From: a virus
Strand: one strand, 5' to 3'
Virus record (IMG/VR): IMGVR_UViG_3300027708_000024
Length of the DNA: 64,000 nucleotides
The position numbers and the translations under genes are program-made. Position 1 is the stretch's first letter. Every line of letters starts with the position of its first letter. Below are positions 10,413 through 19,616 of the stretch, one piece after another. The notes below the pieces were generated by a model. It made no database searches, was not told the origin of the DNA, and was given only the letters and a program-made list of their open reading frames with translations.

Positions 10413-11014
10413 GTAATAGTGACGTAATTACATTTGATACTGAAAGTTGGATGAGAGAATCGGTTAGAGTCGAACCAACATTCACTATCTATAACTTAGT
10501 TAAGAGTTCAGATCCAATTCTGACTACACCAATCATTGATTTTGATTTTACTAATCCACCAATCAATCCAAATACTCTTGCAAGTAATCTTGTAGAAACA
10601 TGTAAGAAATATAATGGTATTGGTCTATCTGCAAATCAATGTGGTCTACCATACAAAGTATTTGTAATTGGTGCGAATGATGAATACGTTGCATTCTTCA
10701 ATCCAAAAATTGTTACCATATCAGAAAATATGGTGAAGATGGAAGAAGGTTGCCTTTCTTTTCCAAATTTATTCCTAAATATAAGCAGACCAGATAGTCT
10801 CACAGTAGAATACAAAGACTTTAATGGCATATCAAGAACAACAACTCTTACCGGATTAACTGCACGTTGTTTCTTGCATGAGCTTGACCACATGAATGGT
10901 ATCGTGTATACTAGCAAAGTTGGTCCAGTTTCGATGCAGATGGCAGAAAAGAAAAGGAAAAAATATGAAAGATTGGCAACAAGGTTACGAACTGGACTAT
11001 CTAAAATCAATTGA
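10409..11014 (+). CDS. def: Peptide deformylase
   Basis: GIGLSANQCG, EGCLS and HELDH motifs. Confidence 0.93.
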   Translation: MSNSDVITFDTESWMRESVRVEPTFTIYNLVKSSDPILTTPIIDFDFTNPPINPNTLASNLVETCKKYNGIGLSANQCGLPYKVFVIGANDEYVAFFNPKIVTISENMVKMEEGCLSFPNLFLNISRPDSLTVEYKDFNGISRTTTLTGLTARCFLHELDHMNGIVYTSKVGPVSMQMAEKKRKKYERLATRLRTGLSKIN

Positions 11015-12056
11015 AGCACTTTATAGTGACTACAACAAGTTTTCACTTTCACCATTTGCAGAATACAAGAAAAACAATATTGCTGCCGACTTGCATGAAG
11101 GCAAACTCATCTTAGAAGATGAAGGCAGTTATGTTATCACAGAAGCAAAAGTAACATCACCAATCACATTATATCAAAATGTAGAAATTGGTTACAAACT
11201 ACCTGGCGACAAGATCATTACAAAATTAAGAGGAACACCAGACTTCATTGAGAAGGTTCTTTTTAATTGCGGTGGTAATGTTTGGAGTTATTGCTGGGCA
11301 GAAGATAAAGAAACAAAAAAATATCTCAACAAATATTTTAGATATGTTGGTAGCAAAATAACTACGTTTGGTGAAATCTATGCCATTTATTTTAAAGGCG
11401 AAAGAACTCATCCGTATATTGATTCAGTTGAGCATATTGGATTAAAACAAGTTGGCATATGTAATATTGATCTGATTGAAAGTATCAATACTAAGTTGAC
11501 CACACTCAATCTAAATTTTAAAAATCACTATAGTAACTACAATAAAAAGAATGCATGGTCTGCACTTTCATTGCGTGGGTATTATTCAGATATATCTCGT
11601 ATTGAAAAACCTATTGAAATGAGTAAGAAGTGGAAAGAGGAACATAAAGATGAAGAATCTTATTTACAAGATACAGTCCTTCGCAATCAATTTCCAGAAG
11701 TTGATGAACTACTCAGAGACTTTGATGGGAACATGCATCGCATCCGTTTTATGCGTCTTACTCCTGGTGGCGGTGAATTAGAAAGACATACCGATCAAGT
11801 TGATCCAGATTCAGGTGGCACACTAGGTAAATTGGCACGTATTCATTTTCCAATTAAAACTAATCCAGATGTTAAGTTTACCGTGTGGGACTTGACAGGT
11901 GATGCAAGAACTGATAATATGAAAGTTGGAGAGTATTGGTTTCTAGATACTCGTAAACCGCATCAGGCAATTAATGGTGGTACTGAAGAACGTATTCATT
12001 TGGTTATTGATGTTGAAGTGACAGAAAGTATTAAGGATATGATATTACATGGATAA
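10965..12056 (+). CDS. Two-domain protein with C-terminal Asp/Asn beta-hydroxylase-like 2OG-Fe(II) domain
   Basis: HTD..RIHFPIKTN..W.LDTRKPH..N...RIHLVID; AAGGA SD before ATG 10965. Confidence 0.7.
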   Translation: MKDWQQGYELDYLKSIEALYSDYNKFSLSPFAEYKKNNIAADLHEGKLILEDEGSYVITEAKVTSPITLYQNVEIGYKLPGDKIITKLRGTPDFIEKVLFNCGGNVWSYCWAEDKETKKYLNKYFRYVGSKITTFGEIYAIYFKGERTHPYIDSVEHIGLKQVGICNIDLIESINTKLTTLNLNFKNHYSNYNKKNAWSALSLRGYYSDISRIEKPIEMSKKWKEEHKDEESYLQDTVLRNQFPEVDELLRDFDGNMHRIRFMRLTPGGGELERHTDQVDPDSGGTLGKLARIHFPIKTNPDVKFTVWDLTGDARTDNMKVGEYWFLDTRKPHQAINGGTEERIHLVIDVEVTESIKDMILHG

Positions 12057-13617
12057 TTATTTCTATGAAAAGAATCGAGAGTTATTAGAATCACCAGTCA
12101 ATAAAACATTTGAAGAAGTTTTATGGATGTGTAAAGGTGACTTTAGAGAATGGGTCATCGACTTGCGTAAAACTGTTGTTGATCTATGGGATAACAAAGG
12201 TTTACCACCTCGTGTTGGTTATACTAGAGATGATATTATCGATCAATTCAATCAGATGGAATCTTTTCCTGTCTATAAGTTTGAAACTGTAGATGAACTG
12301 ACTGGTGAGAAAGATGTAATTCGTAATACTAGTGTTATTGGTAATGCAGTCAATCAATGGTTTCCTACCATGATGAAAACTCGTATCAACTATACTAAAA
12401 AAGATGATGGTAAATCCATCTACGATTACTTTGCAAAAGATGAACTCCTTGATACATTCGTTACTTATGCTACTCGTCATTTCAAGCGTGATTCTTTCTA
12501 TCATTATTCTAACCCGATAAAATCAAATGATAAATCGACTTATGGTAGTTTACCTGTTGCTAGTTCAGCAGTAGAATGGATAAAACAATTTGAAGAATCG
12601 TTTCGTCAAAAAGATGAGTACGACTATTGGTTGAATCCAATCAATGTAGAAAAAACATACACTGGTTATAATGAAGAACTGAAAGGCAAAGTATACCTGA
12701 CTTTGACTAAAGATGAAATCGAAAGTTTGAATATACCAGATAAATGTAAGACCAATGTTGACTATTTAAAATCAGAAACATATCATATTCGACCATTCAA
12801 GTTTGGTCAGAAATTATTTCCTGTAGGGCTAAAAGCATTCAGAGTTTCATTCTGCCAATATGCTGTAAATTTTCCACCATTAACTGCAAAATATCTTTAT
12901 GAAAAATACACTGAACATCTTATTGGACAAGATACTATCCGCATCTACGATCCTTCTAGCGGGTGGGGTGGTCGGCTTCTTGGCGCTATGTCTATCAGCG
13001 ATAACCGTAATGTGGTTTATATTGGTACTGATCCTAACACCGATCATTGTACTGGGACAAATCGTACAAAATATCACGAAATTGCTGACTTCTACAGGGC
13101 GAACATCAACAGAGGCGGACTCTGGGAATCAAAACACACAGACACAGAAATCTACCAACTTGGATCAGAAGTAATACAATTTGATGAGAATTTCCAAAAA
13201 CATAAAGGCAAATTGGATCTAGTATTTACTAGTCCTCCATATTTTGCAAAAGAAGCATATTCGGAAGATCCAGAACAGTCATATAAGAAGTTTGGTCAGT
13301 ATGAAGAATGGCGTGAAGGATTTCTAAGACCAACTTTGGAAACTGCCGTTGAGTGGTTAAGAAGTGACAGATATCTTCTTTGGAATATTGCCGATGCTGT
13401 CTTTGGTGGTGATATGTTACCATTGGAAGAAGATAGCAAAAAGATTTTAGAATCTCTTGGTATGCAATACCGTGGGAAACTAAAAATGTCTCTGGCACAG
13501 ATGCCTGGTGGTAACAGGATCGATGAGGAGACAGGACTACCTAAAGCAAAGAACTTTTGCAAGGTGGATGGTATGTGGTTGAAATACGAACCGGTATTTG
13601 TTTTCTATAAACCGTAA
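12049..13617 (+). CDS. DNA amino-methyltransferase-like (N4-C/N6-A)
   Basis: SAM motif YDPSSGWGGRL and catalytic TSPPYF. Confidence 0.8.
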   Translation: MDNYFYEKNRELLESPVNKTFEEVLWMCKGDFREWVIDLRKTVVDLWDNKGLPPRVGYTRDDIIDQFNQMESFPVYKFETVDELTGEKDVIRNTSVIGNAVNQWFPTMMKTRINYTKKDDGKSIYDYFAKDELLDTFVTYATRHFKRDSFYHYSNPIKSNDKSTYGSLPVASSAVEWIKQFEESFRQKDEYDYWLNPINVEKTYTGYNEELKGKVYLTLTKDEIESLNIPDKCKTNVDYLKSETYHIRPFKFGQKLFPVGLKAFRVSFCQYAVNFPPLTAKYLYEKYTEHLIGQDTIRIYDPSSGWGGRLLGAMSISDNRNVVYIGTDPNTDHCTGTNRTKYHEIADFYRANINRGGLWESKHTDTEIYQLGSEVIQFDENFQKHKGKLDLVFTSPPYFAKEAYSEDPEQSYKKFGQYEEWREGFLRPTLETAVEWLRSDRYLLWNIADAVFGGDMLPLEEDSKKILESLGMQYRGKLKMSLAQMPGGNRIDEETGLPKAKNFCKVDGMWLKYEPVFVFYKP

Positions 13618-13634
13618 GTTCACCAACATATCTA

Positions 13635-13663
13635 TTGACTACACGCATATATAATGTTATGAT
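13635..13663 (+). promoter_or_regulatory. sigma70-type promoter
   Basis: TTGACT-17-TATGAT. Confidence 0.65.
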
Positions 13664-13724
13664 GTGTGTTCTCGCAGTAAAAACAAATGCGAGTTTTTTT
13701 ATTTTATATTATAGGAGTTTTATT

Positions 13725-13994
13725 ATGACTAAATTGTCTGCTAAAGAAAAAATGTTGAACGCCCTGAAACAAACTTCAGGTTATAACACCTTCACAGTTG
13801 CACAAGGACAACGCCGTTTTGGTATTCAAAACGTTTCTCAACGCATTGAAGAATTGCGTAAAGAAGGTCACTGCATCTACACCAACACCCGTACACTTGA
13901 AAATGGTCGTAAGATCAAATTCTATCGCCTAGGCACACCAACTAAAGCACTAGTTAAATCAGCAATTGCTGCTGGTTACTCCTTCGCTGCTTAA
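13725..13994 (+). CDS. Small winged-HTH DNA-binding protein
   Basis: FGIQNVSQRIEELRKEGHCIYTN; AGGAG SD. Confidence 0.7.
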   Translation: MTKLSAKEKMLNALKQTSGYNTFTVAQGQRRFGIQNVSQRIEELRKEGHCIYTNTRTLENGRKIKFYRLGTPTKALVKSAIAAGYSFAA

Positions 13995-14010
13995 TTTGCC
14001 TTAATCTGAG

Positions 14011-14044
14011 AGGGAGTTCTGCATAAGCAGTTCTCCCTTTTTTT
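14011..14044 (+). terminator. Rho-independent terminator
   Basis: AGGGAG..CTGC-ATAA-GCAG..CTCCCT plus T run. Confidence 0.8.
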
Positions 14045-14061
14045 GTACCCATGGAGTAAAA

Positions 14062-14859
14062 ATGGAAATAACAATTAAAAAAGAAGAATTGCAAAAGAAA
14101 AGTTTGTTTATTGCAACACCAATGTATGGTGGCATGAACCATGGTTTGTACATGAAGGCATGTCTTGACTTGCAAGGTTTATTGATTGCATATGGTGTTC
14201 AAGTTAAATTCTCATTTCTTTTCAATGAATCTTTAATTACCCGTGCAAGAAATTATCTTGTTGATGAATTTTTGCACCGTTCTGACTGCACTCACTTTTT
14301 GTTTATCGACTCTGATATTAACTTTGATCCTCGTGACGTTGTTGCACTATTGGCACTAGACAGAGATATCATTGGTGGTCCGTATCCAAAGAAAGCAATC
14401 AAATGGAAATCTGTTAAGACTGCAATCACAAAAAATCCTGACATTGATCCACAAATGCTTGAAAAAGTTGTTGGTGATTATGTTTTCAATCCAGTTAAAG
14501 GTACTGCACAATTTAGTGTATCTGAACCACTTGAAGTTCTAGAAATTGGAACTGGTTTTATGATGGTGAAACGTGAAGTATTTAAGAAGTATGAAGATGC
14601 TTATCCAGAGTATCGCTATAAACCAGATCATGTAGGTCAAGCAAACTTTGATGGTACTCGTTACATTCATGCATACTTTGATACTATCATTGATCCTGAT
14701 TCGCAACGTTATCTTTCAGAAGATTATATGTTCTGTCAATGGGCACGTAAGATAGGTATTCAGATTTGGTTGTGTCCATGGATGCGTACAGAACACATTG
14801 GTACGTATCACTTCAAAGGTGATATGCCTGCTGTTGCTAACTATGTTGGTGAGATGTAA
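14062..14859 (+). CDS. Glycosyltransferase-like (GT-A) conserved phage protein
   Basis: IATPMYGG, ITRARN, FIDSDI (DxD), SEDYMFC. Confidence 0.7.
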   Translation: MEITIKKEELQKKSLFIATPMYGGMNHGLYMKACLDLQGLLIAYGVQVKFSFLFNESLITRARNYLVDEFLHRSDCTHFLFIDSDINFDPRDVVALLALDRDIIGGPYPKKAIKWKSVKTAITKNPDIDPQMLEKVVGDYVFNPVKGTAQFSVSEPLEVLEIGTGFMMVKREVFKKYEDAYPEYRYKPDHVGQANFDGTRYIHAYFDTIIDPDSQRYLSEDYMFCQWARKIGIQIWLCPWMRTEHIGTYHFKGDMPAVANYVGEM

Positions 14860-15524
14860 TGATTATTGGATTTGTCGGATTCATTGGTTCAGGTAAAGGA
14901 ACTGCTGGTGATATTCTGAAAGACTTAGGTTTTATTCCTATAAGTTTTGCGGGGCTAGTTAAAGATGTAACTGCTGTTATGTTCGACTGGCCTCGCCATT
15001 TACTTGAAGGTGATACCGACGAATCCCGTTTATTCAGAGAAACACCAGATGCATATTGGTCATCAAAGCAAGGTTATGATTTTACTCCACGTGAAGCATT
15101 ACAGAAGATAGGAACAGAATGTGGTCGTGATGTATTTCATAAAGATTTTTGGATTCTTGCACTAGAGAAACAAATAGACAAGAATAAAAATTATGTCATT
15201 ACCGATGTTCGTTTTCCAAATGAAATAGAATGGATACAAAAAGAAGAAGGTTTTGTTATTGAAATTCAAAGAGGTGACAATCCTTTTTGGTATGACAAAT
15301 TGACTGATACTTTGTTTGATAAAAGTAAAACCGAGTATATGTCTACATTTGATGTACACTATTCTGAATGGGCATGGGTAGGAGAAGAAATTGATGCTAT
15401 AATCCTAAACAATGGAACTGTGGAAGATTTAAAAAATAATATTGTTGTAGTATTGACAAATTATCTAGGTAAGTCTATAATGAATGAATTATTACATAAT
15501 GGAGAACAAGATGAAATTATCTAA
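14859..15524 (+). CDS. gp1: Deoxynucleoside monophosphate kinase gp1
   Basis: GFIGSGK, TPREALQKIGTE, ITDVRFPNE. Confidence 0.9.
   Translation: MIIGFVGFIGSGKGTAGDILKDLGFIPISFAGLVKDVTAVMFDWPRHLLEGDTDESRLFRETPDAYWSSKQGYDFTPREALQKIGTECGRDVFHKDFWILALEKQIDKNKNYVITDVRFPNEIEWIQKEEGFVIEIQRGDNPFWYDKLTDTLFDKSKTEYMSTFDVHYSEWAWVGEEIDAIILNNGTVEDLKNNIVVVLTNYLGKSIMNELLHNGEQDEII
15453..15481 (+). promoter_or_regulatory. sigma70-type promoter for gp45
   Basis: TTGACA-17-TATAAT. Confidence 0.85.
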
Positions 15525-16191
15525 TGATACCATTGATGTGTTGAAGAACTTTTCAAGCATCAATTCTGGTATATTCTTTAAACAAGGTACTAAACTCGCA
15601 ACAGTATCTTCAAACAAAAACATTCTTGCTGAAGCAGGAATTAAAGATGAAATCCCATCTGACTTTGCAATCTATGACTTAAACAATTTACTTCAATTGT
15701 TGAGTTTGGAGAAAGATTGTCCTGATTTGGAATTCGATGACAAAAATGTCATTATCAAAACATTGAATGGTCGTAGTAAAATTAAATATCGTTTTGCCGC
15801 AAAAGAAATGATTGTTACTCCACCAGAAAAAAGATTGACATTACCTACGGTTGATGTTCAGTTTACTCTGAGTGAAGGTGACTTTGGTTGGATCATGAAA
15901 ACTGCATCTATTCTTTCCGCACCACATATCATGATTGAAAACTCTGGTACTGGAATCAAATTGACTGCATGTGATGCAAAAGATGATTCTAAAAGCACAA
16001 ACTCAATCGGTGTTGGTGACGATGATGGTAAAAAATACAAGTTTACTTTTTCTACAGAGAATCTTAAAATGGTTCCTGGATCATATGATGTTGAAGTCTG
16101 TGCTAAAGGTCTAGCACATTTTAAAAACAAGGCAAAAGACATTCAGTATTGGATTGCACTTGAACCTAAATTCTCAAAATTTGAAGGATAA
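15511..16191 (+). CDS. gp45: Sliding clamp gp45
   Basis: MKLS..T..VLKNFSSIN, FAIYDLN, YWIALE; GGAG SD. Confidence 0.95.
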   Translation: MKLSNDTIDVLKNFSSINSGIFFKQGTKLATVSSNKNILAEAGIKDEIPSDFAIYDLNNLLQLLSLEKDCPDLEFDDKNVIIKTLNGRSKIKYRFAAKEMIVTPPEKRLTLPTVDVQFTLSEGDFGWIMKTASILSAPHIMIENSGTGIKLTACDAKDDSKSTNSIGVGDDDGKKYKFTFSTENLKMVPGSYDVEVCAKGLAHFKNKAKDIQYWIALEPKFSKFEG

Positions 16192-16193
16192 TT

Positions 16194-16391
16194 ATGTTAC
16201 TATATTTCACTGATGCAAACACACAACGTTCAGTTGCAGTTAATCCTGCTTTTGTTGCAGTTGTTTATGAAACAAAATTGAATGAAGAATCCGAAACGTT
16301 GATTACTGTTATCAACACCACAACGGGTAATATTCCTGTAGATTTGCCTATGATTGAAGTTGTTGGTAAGTTGAACGGAGAATTAAAATGA
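16194..16391 (+). CDS. Small hypothetical protein
   Basis: ORF with AGGA SD, translationally coupled to next gene. Confidence 0.6.
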   Translation: MLLYFTDANTQRSVAVNPAFVAVVYETKLNEESETLITVINTTTGNIPVDLPMIEVVGKLNGELK

Positions 16392-16666
16392 CAACTGTCC
16401 AAACCTTGTTTGGAACGTTCGATGAGAATCAATTAAAAACACTTGCAGGTGCCATCGATGAGATGGTACTTGTAATGCATAGAATGGATTCAGAAAAAGA
16501 ATCAATGAAAGATATCATCGATGCCACTTATGATAACTTGAAATTACCTAAGAAGATTATTCGTAAAATGGCGAAAGTCAAATACAAACAATCTTTTCAA
16601 AGTGAAGTTGCAGAACATAAAGAATTTGAAGCATTATTTGAAGGTATTAGTGAAGTAAAATCTTGA
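16388..16666 (+). CDS. dsDNA-binding protein (T4 DsbA/GapR-like)
   Basis: KDII....LKLPKKIIRKMAKV..K helical pattern. Confidence 0.6.
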   Translation: MTTVQTLFGTFDENQLKTLAGAIDEMVLVMHRMDSEKESMKDIIDATYDNLKLPKKIIRKMAKVKYKQSFQSEVAEHKEFEALFEGISEVKS

Positions 16667-16691
16667 TAGTTTGATGTGCGTGATGTATAAT
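16663..16691 (+). promoter_or_regulatory. sigma70-type promoter for gp44
   Basis: TTGATA-17-TATAAT. Confidence 0.7.
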
Positions 16692-16716
16692 TATGTTTTT
16701 ATTATGGAGAATGTGA

Positions 16717-17655
16717 ATGAACCAAGAATTTTTGTGGGTGGAGAAGTATCGCCCAAATAAAATTGAAGATTGTATTCTTCCGGATGCAATCAAAAAATCA
16801 TTTCTTGAGTATGTCAAACAAGGTGAAATTCCAAATCTTCTTCTCGCAGGCACAGCAGGCGTAGGTAAAACTACAATTGCCCGTGCCTTGTGTGAAGAAA
16901 TTGGTTGTGACTATATCATCATTAACGGTTCTGATGAATCTGGAATTGATGTATTAAGAAACAAAATCAAAAACTATGCTTCCTCCATGAGTTTAACGGG
17001 CGGAAGAAAGGTTATTATTTTAGATGAAGCAGACTATCTAAATCCCAATTCAACGCAACCAGCACTGCGTGGAGCAATCGAGGAGTTCTCTTCCAACTGT
17101 TCTTTCATCTTTACTTGTAACTATAAGAATCGAATCATCGAACCATTGCACTCTAGATGTGCTGTCGTTGAATTCAAAATTCAAAATGGTCAAAAAGCAA
17201 AGATGGCATCACAGTTCTTCAAACGTGTCGAATGGATCCTTGCACAGGAAAACATTCAATACAGTAAAGAAGTTGTTGCTGCCGTTATCACAAAACACTT
17301 TCCAGATAATCGTAGGATTCTAAATGAGTTGCAACGATATGCTGCATCAGGTGTAATTGATGAAGGTATTCTTGGATCGGTTGCTGATATTCAAATTTCA
17401 GGTCTAATCAAAGCAGTAAAAGAAAAAGACTTTGGTTCAACACGCAAATGGGTTGCACTCAACTTAGATAATGATCCTGTACGAATCTATCGTAAGATTT
17501 ATGATGCACTCTATGAGTTTCTAAAGCCTAACTCTATTCCTCAAGCAGTATTAATTCTTGCAAAATATCAATATCAAGCAGCATTCTGTGCTGATCAAGA
17601 AATCAATCTTGTTGCATGTCTGACTGAATTCATGATAGAATGCGAGTTTCTATGA
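16717..17655 (+). CDS. gp44: Clamp loader large subunit gp44
   Basis: LWVEKYRP, GTAGVGKT, DEAD, SRC. Confidence 0.96.
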   Translation: MNQEFLWVEKYRPNKIEDCILPDAIKKSFLEYVKQGEIPNLLLAGTAGVGKTTIARALCEEIGCDYIIINGSDESGIDVLRNKIKNYASSMSLTGGRKVIILDEADYLNPNSTQPALRGAIEEFSSNCSFIFTCNYKNRIIEPLHSRCAVVEFKIQNGQKAKMASQFFKRVEWILAQENIQYSKEVVAAVITKHFPDNRRILNELQRYAASGVIDEGILGSVADIQISGLIKAVKEKDFGSTRKWVALNLDNDPVRIYRKIYDALYEFLKPNSIPQAVLILAKYQYQAAFCADQEINLVACLTEFMIECEFL

Positions 17656-17942
17656 ATCCGATTATTATAGGTATTATAGATTGGATTAAAGATGATTGGA
17701 AATCAAATTCATTTCGTTTCTGTGTAGAGTTATTTGTTTGGTTATTGAGCATTACATGTTCACTAGTGGTGGCAATAACTGTTCCTACTCCACCTTTTTT
17801 CATATTGTATCCTATTTGGATTACTGGATGTGCCTTATATACATGGGTGGCATATAGTAGAAAATCTTTTGGTATGTTAGCAAATTATCTTTTGTTGACT
17901 AGTATTGATCTTTTAGGATTTGTGAGGTTACTCAATGCCTGA
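17652..17942 (+). CDS. Small multi-pass membrane protein between gp44 and gp62
   Basis: Three hydrophobic segments; overlaps both neighbours. Confidence 0.6.
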   Translation: MNPIIIGIIDWIKDDWKSNSFRFCVELFVWLLSITCSLVVAITVPTPPFFILYPIWITGCALYTWVAYSRKSFGMLANYLLLTSIDLLGFVRLLNA

Positions 17943-18321
17943 TCTATTCAAAGAGATTATTCCATCAATCTTACAAACCAAAAAAAGTGTCATTAACGAT
18001 GAAATAGATGAAAAAGACTACGCTCCTTTCATAGTTAATCGTGCATTGTCTTACCATATGGATTGCATTCTTTATGCAAATCAAATGAATATGTCCCATA
18101 ATGTTGATAAAAAACTACAATATTCGTATCTTCTAAATAGTGTCAGACCCATGAAAAGAAAGTTTCAATCTTGGATTAAACCTGAAAAAGAGACAGAATT
18201 AGAATATATCAAGAAATATTATGGTTATTCAAATCAAAAAGCCAAAGAGGCTTTGCGTATTCTAAATCATGAACAAATTTCTGCTATAAAAGAAAAACTA
18301 CAAATAGGCGGAGTGAAATAA
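17935..18321 (+). CDS. gp62: Clamp loader small subunit gp62
   Basis: Y.PFIVNRALS, KYYGYS..KAKEAL. Confidence 0.93.
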   Translation: MPDLFKEIIPSILQTKKSVINDEIDEKDYAPFIVNRALSYHMDCILYANQMNMSHNVDKKLQYSYLLNSVRPMKRKFQSWIKPEKETELEYIKKYYGYSNQKAKEALRILNHEQISAIKEKLQIGGVK

Positions 18322-18726
18322 ATGATAAAAATAGAAAATATGGTAGAAGTAACTTTGAATGAAAAAGATGATTTTCTCAAAGTTCGTGAGACCCTAACAC
18401 GTATTGGTGTTGCATCAAAAAAAGATAAAATACTCTTTCAATCTTGCCATATACTGCACAAGCAAGGTAAGTATTATATTACTCATTTTAAAGAGTTATT
18501 TGCACTTGATGGAAAACCAACAGACATTACAGAAAACGATATTGCTCGTAGGAACACAATTGCCAATTTACTAGAAGATTGGGAATTGATTACTATTCTT
18601 GATCCAGAAAAAACAAAAGAACCAGAAGTTTCTTTGTCTCAGATTAAAATCATTGCTTTCAAAGAAAAGAATGATTGGCAATTAACTCCCAAGTATAATA
18701 TTGGCAAAAAACCACAAAGAGATTAA
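18322..18726 (+). CDS. regA: Translational repressor RegA
   Basis: DDFLKVRETLTRIG, QSCHILHK.G.YYI.HFKELF. Confidence 0.97.
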   Translation: MIKIENMVEVTLNEKDDFLKVRETLTRIGVASKKDKILFQSCHILHKQGKYYITHFKELFALDGKPTDITENDIARRNTIANLLEDWELITILDPEKTKEPEVSLSQIKIIAFKEKNDWQLTPKYNIGKKPQRD

Positions 18727-18733
18727 ATTCTCG

Positions 18734-18741
18734 TATAAATA
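18734..18741 (+). promoter_or_regulatory. T4-type late promoter TATAAATA upstream of hsp20 leader
   Basis: Exact consensus. Confidence 0.75.
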
Positions 18742-18747
18742 CTATTA

Positions 18748-18847
18748 TTCTCAACGGGATGGGAAGACTTCACCTTAGGACCGCTATGGTACGAAGCGTT
18801 ATTAAATCGGACACAACGATATGGTGTCACTGGAATCCGTAACCAGT
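18748..18847 (+). ncRNA. Unidentified structured RNA in hsp20 leader
   Basis: Several hairpins plus potential pseudoknot pairings in a GC-richer intergenic stretch. Confidence 0.45.
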
Positions 18848-18854
18848 TTTTACA

Positions 18855-18911
18855 TGCTATGCCTTCGGGGTAGCAAAATTATTAACTTGCTTATTTAAGG
18901 AGTCAATTATG
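18855..18911 (+). promoter_or_regulatory. ROSE-like RNA thermometer of hsp20
   Basis: ACUUGCUU-AUUU-AAGGAGU hairpin with bulged G opposite SD, preceded by UUCG hairpin. Confidence 0.65.
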
Positions 18912-19352
18912 ACAAAGCAAATCACCTCCACATTTAACCCATTTTTTGACATGAAGCGTCTTGATCCATTTTCAATTGGATTCGATAAGATGTTTGAACA
19001 ACTGGTTTTAGAAACCTCAAAAACAGTTCCAACATATCCACCATATAATATCAAAAAAGTAAAAGATAACAAATATGTCATCGAGATGGCAGTTGCTGGT
19101 TTTTCACAATCTGATATTGAAGTTACTGTTGAAGGTAACACATTAGTTGTTCAAGGTAATGTTAATGATAATGATCCAAAAGATGGCACAATGTTATATC
19201 AAGGTATCGCAAACCGTGCATTCAAACGTACATGGACACTTGCAGATAAAGTAGAAATTCAAAATGCCGAGATGGTAAATGGTATGTTGAAAATCTGGTT
19301 GGAAAACTTGATTAAAACACAAGAAACTATCAAAAAGATAAAAGTTAATTAA
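18909..19352 (+). CDS. hsp20: Small heat shock protein Hsp20 (IbpA-like)
   Basis: YPPYNI, IEMAVAGF, YQGIA.RAF.R, A...NGML.I. Confidence 0.95.
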   Translation: MTKQITSTFNPFFDMKRLDPFSIGFDKMFEQLVLETSKTVPTYPPYNIKKVKDNKYVIEMAVAGFSQSDIEVTVEGNTLVVQGNVNDNDPKDGTMLYQGIANRAFKRTWTLADKVEIQNAEMVNGMLKIWLENLIKTQETIKKIKVN

Positions 19353-19363
19353 CTTTGGCAAAC

Positions 19364-19406
19364 ATGGTGGGTTGATCTTGACCCACCATTCTTTCTGTGA
19401 TATACT
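19364..19406 (+). promoter_or_regulatory. Terminator-like hairpin overlapping a sigma70 promoter
   Basis: ATGGTGGGT..ACCCACCAT hairpin; TTGACC(19378)-17-TATACT(19401). Confidence 0.6.
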
Positions 19407-19415
19407 GTTTACATC

Positions 19416-19616
19416 ATGAAAAAACATTCAATAAAACCTACAGTCCAAACGGTTCGGAACAGACTGAACCCTGAGGATATCTATTACACTTGGAACAATT
19501 GGGAACCAAGGAGTATCGACGGCGTATTATTTTTGCCCGTAGTCAAAAAATATCCATCTAATCAAACACAACAAATACATTATGTCAAAAAAGACAACAT
19601 GGAATTTATAAAATGA
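19416..19616 (+). CDS. Hypothetical protein
   Basis: ORF after promoter, coupled to next gene. Confidence 0.55.
   Translation: MKKHSIKPTVQTVRNRLNPEDIYYTWNNWEPRSIDGVLFLPVVKKYPSNQTQQIHYVKKDNMEFIK

Noticed and set aside
12899-13174. Hydrophobic +1-frame ORF inside the methyltransferase (similar cases at 29717, 30467, 55885-57180)
   Set aside because: No SD; +1 frames of T-ending codons routinely look hydrophobic in AT-rich genes.
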